DNA of 64,000 nt from positions 64,001 to 128,000 of the forward strand of contig JBCNUU010000001.1 of NCBI GenBank assembly GCA_039630545.1. The letters run 5' to 3'. Source of the stretch: Endomicrobiia bacterium (lineage in GTDB: Bacteria; Elusimicrobiota; Endomicrobiia; DTEH01). How positions within the stretch are numbered: the stretch's first letter is position 1; each line of letters opens with the position of its first letter. A program made the translations under genes and the position numbers. The notes under the pieces are model-generated. The model had not been told where the DNA came from. It saw nothing but the letters and a program-made list of their open reading frames with translations, and made no database searches. This document shows positions 49,390 through 58,248 of the stretch, one piece after another.

Positions 49390-51399
49390 ATGAAGAAATT
49401 GTTTATTTTCTTTCTAACTGTAAATTTTATATTATTTAATTTCTTAAGTTGTGCTAAAAAATCAAAATCACCAGTAACTACATCTACAACCACTTACACG
49501 TTAGTTGTGGTATGTAATCCTCAGACTGGCGGTGAGGTAGTATTAAATCCTCCAGGTGGAACATATAATGCTGGTACAGTTGTTACTATTGCTGCTTCTG
49601 CAAAAAGTGGCTATGTTTTTAGCGGATGGAGTGGTGATTTGACAGGTACACAAAATCCTGTTACTGTTTTGATGGATAGAAACAAAACAATAGTAGCTAA
49701 TTTTACACAACAAAGTACAACTGCTTATTATACACTTACAGTTAATATCTCTCCAGCTGCAGCAGGAGTAGTTGTACCTTCAAGTGGTACATATGCTGCT
49801 GGGACACAACTTACTTTAACAGCCACTGCTTCAAGCGGGTATGTGTTTAGTCACTGGAGTGGAGATTTAACAGGCACAACAAATCCTGCACAAATCACTA
49901 TGGATTCAAACAAAGTAATTACAGCTAATTTTACACAGCAGCAAGTAAGCACCTACACTCTTACTGTAAACATAAATCCTTTAGGTGGTGGTACTGTACT
50001 ATTTAATCCTCCTGGTGGTACATATCCTGCTGGAACACAAGTGACACTTACAGCTAAGGCAAATCCTGGTTATGTGTTTAATAACTGGAGTGGTGATGCA
50101 AGTGGGAATTCTGCCTCTGTGAGTATCGTGATGGATTCGAATAAAACTGTTACGGCAAACTTTACTCAGACAGGTGGTGGAGGTGGAACGACTTATACTC
50201 TTCTTGTTAGTATAGAGCCCTCTGAAGCAGGAACGGTTTCTTTGAATCCAGCTGGTGGAGTGTATACGGCTGGAACTGTGGTGACACTTCAGGCACACCC
50301 TGAAAGTGGTTGGGTATTTGAAGGATGGAGTGGTAATCTTTCTGGCAACCAAAATCCAACTACTATTACAATGAATTCAAACAAAGTAGTTACAGCTAAT
50401 TTTACCAAACAGCAGACCACCTATACGCTTACTGTTAACATAAATCCAGATGGTGGTGGAAATGTTACGTTGAATCCTGCTGGTGGCACATATACTGCTG
50501 GAACGCAGGTGACCTTAACAGCTACTGCTTCAAGTGGGTATGTATTTAGCCACTGGAGTGGAGATTTAACAGGAACAACAAACCATGCAACGATAACAAT
50601 GAACTCAAACAAAGTAGTTACAGCTAATTTTACCCAACAGCAACAGCCCACCTATACACTTACTGTTAACATAAATCCAGCTGGTGGTGGAAATGTTACA
50701 CTGGATCCTGCTGGTGGTACATATACTGCTGGACAGGTAGTAATATTAACGGCTACTCCTTCAAGTGGATATCAGTTTTTAAACTGGACAATAGGACAAA
50801 ATACAGTAACCTCAAACCCAACTACAGTTACAATGGATTCTAACAAAACAGTAACAGCTAATTTTGAACAAGTAGGTTCTGATACAGCAAGGTATAATTT
50901 TGAAACATCTGTTCAGGGTTGGGTCCATCAGACATATACTGATTCTCAAGCAATTACAGCGGTATCAAGAGATACATCAAAAGCAAGATATGGTCAGGCA
51001 AGTTTAAGATGTACAGTTAACCTTCAAGGAGGACATGCTAACTATTCTAAAGGTGAGACATTTGTAGACCTTCAAACGCCGACTGATTTAAGTAATAAAA
51101 TAGTTACAGTATGGGTATGGGTCCCTTCTGAAACAGTTGCTACACCATCTAACGGTATCCAGGTATTTTTTAAAGACTCAAATTGGAATAGTAAATATAG
51201 TAGCTGGCGCAATATAGGTGGTGATATTACTCCTGGAGTATGGAATCAGATCTCAGTAAATACAGCTAATGAAGTATGGGGTTGGGATAATGGTTGTAAT
51301 TTGTCCCAGGTAAGGTTGGTTGGAGTGAAGATAGGGACCGGAGATGGTTCAACTTTTACATTTAATGGTTATATTTGGATTGATTCTGTAAACTGGTAA
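49390..51399 (+). CDS. Lipoprotein: 6 divergent InlB B-type repeats plus C-terminal CBM-like domain
   Basis: Lipobox NFLSC; six ~75-aa repeats; C-terminal domain clearly paralogous to that of 47950..49188. Confidence 0.8.
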   Translation: MKKLFIFFLTVNFILFNFLSCAKKSKSPVTTSTTTYTLVVVCNPQTGGEVVLNPPGGTYNAGTVVTIAASAKSGYVFSGWSGDLTGTQNPVTVLMDRNKTIVANFTQQSTTAYYTLTVNISPAAAGVVVPSSGTYAAGTQLTLTATASSGYVFSHWSGDLTGTTNPAQITMDSNKVITANFTQQQVSTYTLTVNINPLGGGTVLFNPPGGTYPAGTQVTLTAKANPGYVFNNWSGDASGNSASVSIVMDSNKTVTANFTQTGGGGGTTYTLLVSIEPSEAGTVSLNPAGGVYTAGTVVTLQAHPESGWVFEGWSGNLSGNQNPTTITMNSNKVVTANFTKQQTTYTLTVNINPDGGGNVTLNPAGGTYTAGTQVTLTATASSGYVFSHWSGDLTGTTNHATITMNSNKVVTANFTQQQQPTYTLTVNINPAGGGNVTLDPAGGTYTAGQVVILTATPSSGYQFLNWTIGQNTVTSNPTTVTMDSNKTVTANFEQVGSDTARYNFETSVQGWVHQTYTDSQAITAVSRDTSKARYGQASLRCTVNLQGGHANYSKGETFVDLQTPTDLSNKIVTVWVWVPSETVATPSNGIQVFFKDSNWNSKYSSWRNIGGDITPGVWNQISVNTANEVWGWDNGCNLSQVRLVGVKIGTGDGSTFTFNGYIWIDSVNW

Positions 51400-51448
51400 T
51401 ATCGTTTTTCTTAGAACAAATTAATTTAGAAAGGAGCCCACCTTATCA

Positions 51449-52354
51449 ATGAGAGGTTATTGCAGATTTAAGCCCTTGTTGCTTTATATTTTTTTATTGT
51501 CATTATCTTTTTATGTTTTTTGTAGCGGATTTAGTGGATTAAAACTGTTTTTTGGAGCAAGAACCACTGGGTTAGGTGAAAATTTATGTGGTTTATCAGA
51601 GGAAGTAGAAAATATTTACCACAATCCTGCCGGTCTTGTGGGAATAAATCCTTTTGAATTTAAAATTATGTATTCAAATTGGGTAGCAGATATAAATAGA
51701 AGTGATTTGATTTTAGCAAAATCTTTTAAAAATAAATCCGTGGTTGCTTTTTCTTTTAACTATATGTGGACAAGACTTGAAAGTGAATATAATAGTAGTG
51801 ATTATTTTTCTTTAATACACACTATAGCATACGCAAGAAAATTAAATAAAATTTATTTTGGATTAGGCACAACAATAGTATATGAATCTTTTTCTTTAGA
51901 AGAGGGTTATAATCTAGCTGGAGGTTTAGATTTAGGTGTACTTATCAGAAAACAAAGAGCTGCTTTAGGCTTTAGTGTAAAACAAATAGGAAAAAGTTTT
52001 GTTTATATGGGAGAAGACTCAGAGATTTTGCCTTTTAATTTAAACTGTGGAGTAAGTTATATAATGCCTAACAATTTTGTTGTAGTTGGTAACATAAAAT
52101 ACAATTTGGATGGTTTAATTTCATTCCATACAGGATTAGAAGTTCCTCTATATAGAGGAATAAAAGAAGAAATAGCTATAAGAGCAGGCAATGTATTAAA
52201 ATTACCATCCCTTAGTGATTTGCCTATAATTTCAAATTTTAGATTAGGTTTTGGATTTAGAAAAGAAGGTTTAAAGATAGATTATTGTTTGGTGCCTCTT
52301 GGAGAAAATATAGGTTTTTTTCATTATATATCTTTAGGATTTATTTTTTATTAA
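51449..52354 (+). CDS. PorV/PorQ-family outer-membrane beta-barrel
   Basis: GARTTGLGE...IYHNPAGL N-terminal motif (FadL/PorV fold), DLGVL, P..LNCG and IDY...LG...HYISLG C-terminus. Confidence 0.75.
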   Translation: MRGYCRFKPLLLYIFLLSLSFYVFCSGFSGLKLFFGARTTGLGENLCGLSEEVENIYHNPAGLVGINPFEFKIMYSNWVADINRSDLILAKSFKNKSVVAFSFNYMWTRLESEYNSSDYFSLIHTIAYARKLNKIYFGLGTTIVYESFSLEEGYNLAGGLDLGVLIRKQRAALGFSVKQIGKSFVYMGEDSEILPFNLNCGVSYIMPNNFVVVGNIKYNLDGLISFHTGLEVPLYRGIKEEIAIRAGNVLKLPSLSDLPIISNFRLGFGFRKEGLKIDYCLVPLGENIGFFHYISLGFIFY

Positions 52355-52358
52355 AGTT

Positions 52359-54569
52359 ATGAAGAAAATATTTTTTATAACAACCTTAATAATACTTAAT
52401 TCCAACATTTTTTTGTTTTCTCAACTTAAACCTAACCAGCTTAGAGTAAATGGAAGAAATTTATTAGATGGAAATGGACAAGTGATTCGTTTGGTTGGAA
52501 TAAATCATGGGCATGCATGGTATAGAGGATATTTAGGTTCTGCTCTTCAGGGTATAAAAAGTTGGGGTGCAAATTCTGTAAGAGTAGTTCTTTCTTGCGG
52601 TTATAGATGGACAAAAATTCCAGCTCATGAAGTTTCTGCAATAATAAGTGAAGCAAGAAATTTAGGTTTTAAAGCAATAGTTTTAGAAGTACATGATACA
52701 ACAGGTTATGGAGAAGACAGTGCTGCATGTGATCTACAAACAGCAGTCAACTACTGGATTGAGATAAAGAATGTTTTAATTGGACACGAGGATTTTGTAA
52801 TAATAAATATAGGCAATGAACCATGGGGTAACCTCAACACCAGCGGCTGGGTGAATGCTACCAAAAATGCAATATCTGCTTTAAGAAATGCCGGGTTTAC
52901 TCATGTTATAATGGTAGACGCACCTTGTTGGGGTCAGGATTGGAATAACACTATGAGATATAATGCCACAAATGTGTTGAGTGCTGATACTTTGAATAAT
53001 ACAATTCTTTCGGTTCATATGTATGGTGTCTACAATACAGCTTCAAAAGTTCAGTATTATTTAAGTTATTACTATAATAATAATTTACCACTATGCATAG
53101 GCGAATTTGGACATTATCACTCTGATGGAGATCCTGATGAACAAGCAATAGTTAATTATGCAAGACAGTACGGAATGAGTATATTTGGATGGTCCTGGTG
53201 TGGAAACAGCGGAGGAGTCGAGTATTTAGATATGGTATATAATTGGAATCCGAATAGTCCTACTAATTGGGGAAGCTGGTATAAAAATAATGCATTAAGT
53301 GATCTTCCTCAAACTTATACTATTTCTATCAACATAAATCCTCAGAACTCAGGAAGTGTCACTTTATCTCCACCAGGTGGAACATATACAGCAGGCACTC
53401 AAGTTACACTTACAGCGCAGGCTAACAGTGGATATGTATTTAGCAGCTGGTCAGGAGATATAACTGGCAGTCAAAACCCGGCCACTGTTGTTATGAACTC
53501 AAATAAAAATATAACTGCTAATTTTATTCAATCAACTGTTAACACTTACAGGTTATCTTTAAGTATTTCTCCTTCCGGTTCAGGTGTGGTTTATCTAAAC
53601 CCTTCAGGTGGGTTATATATAGCAGGAACTCAGGTGACTCTTACAGCACAACCTAACAGTGGTTATGTATTTAACAGCTGGAGTGGGGATCTCTCTGGTA
53701 GTCAGAATCCCGCAAGTATTGTTATGGACTCCAACAAAAGTATTACAGCAAACTTTGTACAATCAGGTTCAACCAGTATTACTTATACTTTAAATATAAC
53801 TATTTCACCACAACAAGCCGGAAAAGTAAGTGTGAATCCGGTTGGAGGTGTGTATCAAGAAAATACACAGGTTGAAATTACTGCCTTTTCAAACAATGGA
53901 TATGTGTTTTCTGGATGGAGTGGTGATATAACAACTAATGAAAATCCTTTAAAAATCACTATGAATTCTAACAAAAACATAACAGCTAATTTTTCCTCTA
54001 TAAGTAGCACAACTTACACAGTTACAGTTATAATTTCACCTCAAAATGCTGGATTTGTGTACTTGAATCCAATAGGGGGTGTATATACAGCCGGGACTTT
54101 ACTTACACTTGTTGCCTATCCTCAAGATGAGTATGAATTTTTAAACTGGTCAGGAGATATTTTCTCAGAGGCCCAAACTGTAAGTATTGTGGTTGATTCT
54201 AATAAAGTAATACAAGCAAATTTTATTTTAAAATCTTCAACAGCTCCTTTTTCAGATCAAAAAGAATTTTTAGATTCTATAATTATTCTTCCTCCTTCTG
54301 AAAACCCTTTTTATTTAAACAAAACCAACAGCTATGTTAAACTAAAATATTATCTTAAACAGTCAATGTCTGTAAGGCTGAAAGTATATGATGTGTCTCT
54401 AAATTTAGTAAGGATCACAGAATACCAACACAATCAAGCTGGAGAAAATTATTTCATATTTGATGCTAAAGATGACGAAGGATATCTTTTGCCAGCAGGA
54501 CTTTATTTGTATCAAATTGAATCTCATAGTTCAAAAAGTAGTTTTGGTAAAATTTTTATAGTAAGGTGA
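52359..54569 (+). CDS. GH5 (subfamily 8-like) endo-beta-1,4-mannanase with 4 InlB-type repeats and a T9SS/FlgD-like C-terminal domain
   Basis: GINHGHAWY, GANSVRVVLS, LEVHDTTGYGE, NIGNEP (acid/base), SVHMY, IGEFG (nucleophile) and WSWCGN, as in Thermobifida/Caldicellulosiruptor-type mannanases. Confidence 0.88.
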   Translation: MKKIFFITTLIILNSNIFLFSQLKPNQLRVNGRNLLDGNGQVIRLVGINHGHAWYRGYLGSALQGIKSWGANSVRVVLSCGYRWTKIPAHEVSAIISEARNLGFKAIVLEVHDTTGYGEDSAACDLQTAVNYWIEIKNVLIGHEDFVIINIGNEPWGNLNTSGWVNATKNAISALRNAGFTHVIMVDAPCWGQDWNNTMRYNATNVLSADTLNNTILSVHMYGVYNTASKVQYYLSYYYNNNLPLCIGEFGHYHSDGDPDEQAIVNYARQYGMSIFGWSWCGNSGGVEYLDMVYNWNPNSPTNWGSWYKNNALSDLPQTYTISININPQNSGSVTLSPPGGTYTAGTQVTLTAQANSGYVFSSWSGDITGSQNPATVVMNSNKNITANFIQSTVNTYRLSLSISPSGSGVVYLNPSGGLYIAGTQVTLTAQPNSGYVFNSWSGDLSGSQNPASIVMDSNKSITANFVQSGSTSITYTLNITISPQQAGKVSVNPVGGVYQENTQVEITAFSNNGYVFSGWSGDITTNENPLKITMNSNKNITANFSSISSTTYTVTVIISPQNAGFVYLNPIGGVYTAGTLLTLVAYPQDEYEFLNWSGDIFSEAQTVSIVVDSNKVIQANFILKSSTAPFSDQKEFLDSIIILPPSENPFYLNKTNSYVKLKYYLKQSMSVRLKVYDVSLNLVRITEYQHNQAGENYFIFDAKDDEGYLLPAGLYLYQIESHSSKSSFGKIFIVR

Positions 54570-56260
54570 AAATTCTTTTTGTTATATTTTTATCTTTTCT
54601 TGTTTATTTAAACACATTAAAAAATGATTTTGTTTGGGATGATACATCAATTATTGTAAATAACAAATGGATTAGAACTCCCTCAAATTTTTTTAAATTT
54701 TTTATATTGAAAGAAACTATTTCCGAAGATACAAGAACAAAGCCATACATATATAGACCACTTGTAACCTTTAGTTATTCTTTAGATTATTCAGTCTGGA
54801 GACTTTCTTCGTTTGGTTATCATTTAAGCAATATAATTTTTCATACAGTTACGGTTATATTTTTATACATACTTACAGATTTGATTTTAAATAACAAAAA
54901 AATTTCTTTATTTAGTAGTGTAATTTTTGCAGTGCATCCTGTGCATACAGAGGCAGTAAGCTGGATAAAAGGCAGAGCTGATATTTTGGCTTGTATGTTT
55001 TGTATGTTATCTTTTATATTCTACATATTGTATTTCATTAGAAATGAAAGATTTATTTATTACTTTTTGTCCTTATTGTTCTTTATTTTTGGATTATTTT
55101 CAAAAGAATCAGCAGTTGCTTTAGTTGGTATTATAATTGCATATGATATAATTTTTAAAAAGAAATTTCTCTTTAAGAGTTATATTTTGTTTATAATAGT
55201 TTTATTTCTTTACATTATTTTAAGAAAAAGTGTATTAGGAAGCAATCTACCTTATAGATGGTGGGCAGGAAGTCAGTATTATACTTTTTTAACTGCTATG
55301 AAAGTTCTAGTTGAGTATTTCAGGTTGTTGGTTTTTCCTATAAATTTATGTGCTGATTATGTCGTTGAGATTTCGTTTAATGTATTTGACTTAAAAGTAA
55401 TTTTTTCAATTCTATTTTTAATTTTTTTAATTACTATTTCATTTATTTCTATTAAAAGATTTTCAATTTTTTCTTTTTGCATTTTTTTTATCTTGATTTC
55501 ATTACTACCAGTTGCAAATATTATTTTCCCGATTGAAGTATTACTGGCAGAAAGATTTTTATATATGCCTTCTGTTGGCATGTGTTTATTTTTTGGCTGG
55601 TTAGTGTATAGAATTTTAACAAGAAACAAAACATTGGGATATATAGTTTTTGTTTTAATTGTGCTTCCTTATTCAATTTTAACCTGTAATCGCAACAAAG
55701 ACTGGAAAGATGAATTTAACCTGTGGTCTAAGACAGCAAAACAATTTCCTGATAACTTTAGAGCACACAACAACTTAGGTATGGAGTATGAAAAATCAGG
55801 AAATTTAGAAAAAGCTCTTTACCACTACAAAATAGCATCAAACCTCACACCTAATCTGTCATGGTTACACAATGATAAGAACCAGACATATGCAAGAGTA
55901 TATAATAATATTGGAAATGTTTATTTCAAACAAAAAAATTTTAACACAGCAATTGAATATTATAAAAAAGCTATTGATTTAGATCCTTTATATTCTTCAC
56001 CTTACTTTAACTTAGGCTTATTATATAGAAATAAAGGTTTACTGGATTTAGCTATCTATTACTACAAAAAAGCAATAGAACTTAATCCGTATGTTGCAGA
56101 CTACTATAACAATCTTGGAGTGGTGTATGCATTAAAGGATGATTTTAAAGAAGCTATTATTCAATATGAAAAAGCAGTGGAGTTGTCTTCAGATGAAGAT
56201 TTTAAAAAACAAGTGCTTAAAAATATAGAGATAGCAAAAAATTTTTTGAGGAGAAAATGA
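54566..56260 (+). CDS. TMTC-like protein O-mannosyltransferase (GT-C plus TPR)
   Basis: FVWDD, YRPL, GYHLSNIIFH, FAVHPVHTEAVSWIKGRADIL, SKES, AERFLYMPSVG and RNKDW, followed by TPRs; GTG start overlaps the upstream stop. Confidence 0.8.
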   Translation: MKILFVIFLSFLVYLNTLKNDFVWDDTSIIVNNKWIRTPSNFFKFFILKETISEDTRTKPYIYRPLVTFSYSLDYSVWRLSSFGYHLSNIIFHTVTVIFLYILTDLILNNKKISLFSSVIFAVHPVHTEAVSWIKGRADILACMFCMLSFIFYILYFIRNERFIYYFLSLLFFIFGLFSKESAVALVGIIIAYDIIFKKKFLFKSYILFIIVLFLYIILRKSVLGSNLPYRWWAGSQYYTFLTAMKVLVEYFRLLVFPINLCADYVVEISFNVFDLKVIFSILFLIFLITISFISIKRFSIFSFCIFFILISLLPVANIIFPIEVLLAERFLYMPSVGMCLFFGWLVYRILTRNKTLGYIVFVLIVLPYSILTCNRNKDWKDEFNLWSKTAKQFPDNFRAHNNLGMEYEKSGNLEKALYHYKIASNLTPNLSWLHNDKNQTYARVYNNIGNVYFKQKNFNTAIEYYKKAIDLDPLYSSPYFNLGLLYRNKGLLDLAIYYYKKAIELNPYVADYYNNLGVVYALKDDFKEAIIQYEKAVELSSDEDFKKQVLKNIEIAKNFLRRK

Positions 56261-58230
56261 GAGGTTTTTTAATAAGTTTTATTTTTTATACAAATGTATG
56301 TTTTTGTTTACCTACTATTAATACAGTGCTGCCTGAAAAAAACAGAGTAGGTAAATATGAAAAATTTGAATTAGTGGTTGAAATTTCGGCAACATACACA
56401 AATCCATATGATCCTCACCAAGTAGACCTATCGTGTGTGTTTTTTTCTCCAAGTAATAAAGAATGGAGAATATTTGGTTTTTATGACGGGACAAAGTGGA
56501 AAATAAGATTTACTCCAAATGAAACTGGAGTTTGGAGCTACAGAGTTTTTTTAAAAGATCAAACAGGACAAACTGAATCTAATCTTTTAAGCTTTGAATG
56601 CATGGAGTCTGATTCCCATGGTTGGATTAAAGTAGCACCTAACAAAAGATATCTAATGTATGACGATAATACTCCGTTTTATGGAGTTGGATTTTGTAGA
56701 GCGTGGAATTCTCTAAGTGTCCCGTTTGAAACATTAAAAGAGTTTGGAGTTAACATGATATTAATCTGGGTTGGTCCTCCATGGGTTGGGATGATTGAAA
56801 ATACTTCAAAAGGTATTGGTATTTATGATCAACAGATATGTTATACAATAGAAAACTATATTCAGCAAGCAGAAAAAAATAATATCCATATAATACTCTG
56901 TTTGTGGCCTCACGATGCTTTAAGAATTCCAGGACAGCCATGGCCATCAGGAAACTGGGCGAAAAATGCCTACAGTCTTATTACAACTCCAGAAGGTTTT
57001 TATTCAGATACATCTACAGTATGGGATTATCAACAAAAACTTTATAGATACATTATTGCCAGATGGGGATATAGCACATCTTTAGCTATATGGAATATAA
57101 TAGTGGAGATCAATGGAACCACAGGCTACTCTATAAATCCTTCTGCTGCTGAAGAATGGTGTAAAAGAGTGCATAATTTTTTCAAACAAAACGATCCTTA
57201 CAAAAAACCTACATGTGGTTCTAAATCAGGCGATCAGTTTTGGAATAACGGATACAATATTTTTGATATTGCAGAGATTCATACATATAAGGATAAAAAT
57301 AATGCTTCAGAAGTAGCAGATACTATTATAACCTATACAAGACAAATGTGGGCAGGTTTTTTAAAACCAAACTTCGTTGGAGAATTTGGGACAGATGATC
57401 AAAATTTACAGCCATTTCATTTACACAATGCTATCTGGGCAGGTTTGTCTGCAGGAGCAGCTATAACTCCGTTAGATTGGAATGACGGTGGTAGTTGGGG
57501 AGATATTACTGATGATATGCTTCAACATATGAAAATTTTTTCAAACTTTATAAAAGAAATTGATTTTGTGAATGATGATTTTATACCTGCTAATGTTTCT
57601 GTTGTTCCTTCTGGTGAGGTTTTTGGAATGAAAGGGAATAAGTGTTGTTTTGGCTGGATAAGGAAAACAGATGACACTATTGAGAGAGTATTAACCATTT
57701 CAGGAATGACAGATGGCGTATATGAAATGAAGTTTTATGATACATATACAGGAGATTTTTTTTATATTACTTTAGCAACTTCAACTTATGGATTTTTATC
57801 AACAAAAATCCCAGCTATTTCTAAAACTGATTTTGCTTTTAAAGGGTATCTTAAATTTTCTAATAATCAATCTTCGGGTAACAAAGAATTCACCGTGGAA
57901 GGAGAATTACTTAAAATTTTACCATTAGAGAAAAATCCTGTAAAATTTTATAAAGATAAAGAAGTAAAAATAAGATTTCTTGTTAATATTCAGATTCCTT
58001 CTAAAGTGAAAGTTACTATTTATGATATAAACATGAATTTAGTCAAAATTCTTACAAGTTCTTCGGATGGTTGGTTAAAAGTTTTTTCTCCATATCAGGA
58101 ATTTACATGGGATTTAAAAGACGAAAATGGTAGAGAAGTTGACGGTGGTCTTTATATTTACAAAATAGAAGCAATAAATGATTATAAAGTTAAAAGTAGT
58201 AAATTAAATAAAATTATGGTAATAAAATAA
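56257..58230 (+). CDS. DUF5060 plus GH-A clan (GH5-like) glycoside hydrolase with T9SS/FlgD-like C-terminal domain
   Basis: KYEKFEL...NPYDP...WKIRFTP, RYIIARWGYS, WNIIVEING, FVGEFG, and C-terminal WDLKDENG...GLYIYKI. Confidence 0.75.
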   Translation: MRGFLISFIFYTNVCFCLPTINTVLPEKNRVGKYEKFELVVEISATYTNPYDPHQVDLSCVFFSPSNKEWRIFGFYDGTKWKIRFTPNETGVWSYRVFLKDQTGQTESNLLSFECMESDSHGWIKVAPNKRYLMYDDNTPFYGVGFCRAWNSLSVPFETLKEFGVNMILIWVGPPWVGMIENTSKGIGIYDQQICYTIENYIQQAEKNNIHIILCLWPHDALRIPGQPWPSGNWAKNAYSLITTPEGFYSDTSTVWDYQQKLYRYIIARWGYSTSLAIWNIIVEINGTTGYSINPSAAEEWCKRVHNFFKQNDPYKKPTCGSKSGDQFWNNGYNIFDIAEIHTYKDKNNASEVADTIITYTRQMWAGFLKPNFVGEFGTDDQNLQPFHLHNAIWAGLSAGAAITPLDWNDGGSWGDITDDMLQHMKIFSNFIKEIDFVNDDFIPANVSVVPSGEVFGMKGNKCCFGWIRKTDDTIERVLTISGMTDGVYEMKFYDTYTGDFFYITLATSTYGFLSTKIPAISKTDFAFKGYLKFSNNQSSGNKEFTVEGELLKILPLEKNPVKFYKDKEVKIRFLVNIQIPSKVKVTIYDINMNLVKILTSSSDGWLKVFSPYQEFTWDLKDENGREVDGGLYIYKIEAINDYKVKSSKLNKIMVIK

Positions 58231-58248
58231 GCTAAAAAGGAGGATGTT

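Noticed and set aside
48040..54230. Periodic repeats considered as a CRISPR array or mobile repeat
   Set aside because: They are in-frame, degenerate ~225-bp protein domain repeats with no repeat-spacer structure and no cas genes.
47950..54300. Visibly higher GC content suggesting horizontal transfer
   Set aside because: Explained by Gly/Thr/Ala/Pro-rich proteins; third codon positions remain mostly A/T and no integrase, transposase or flanking repeats are present.
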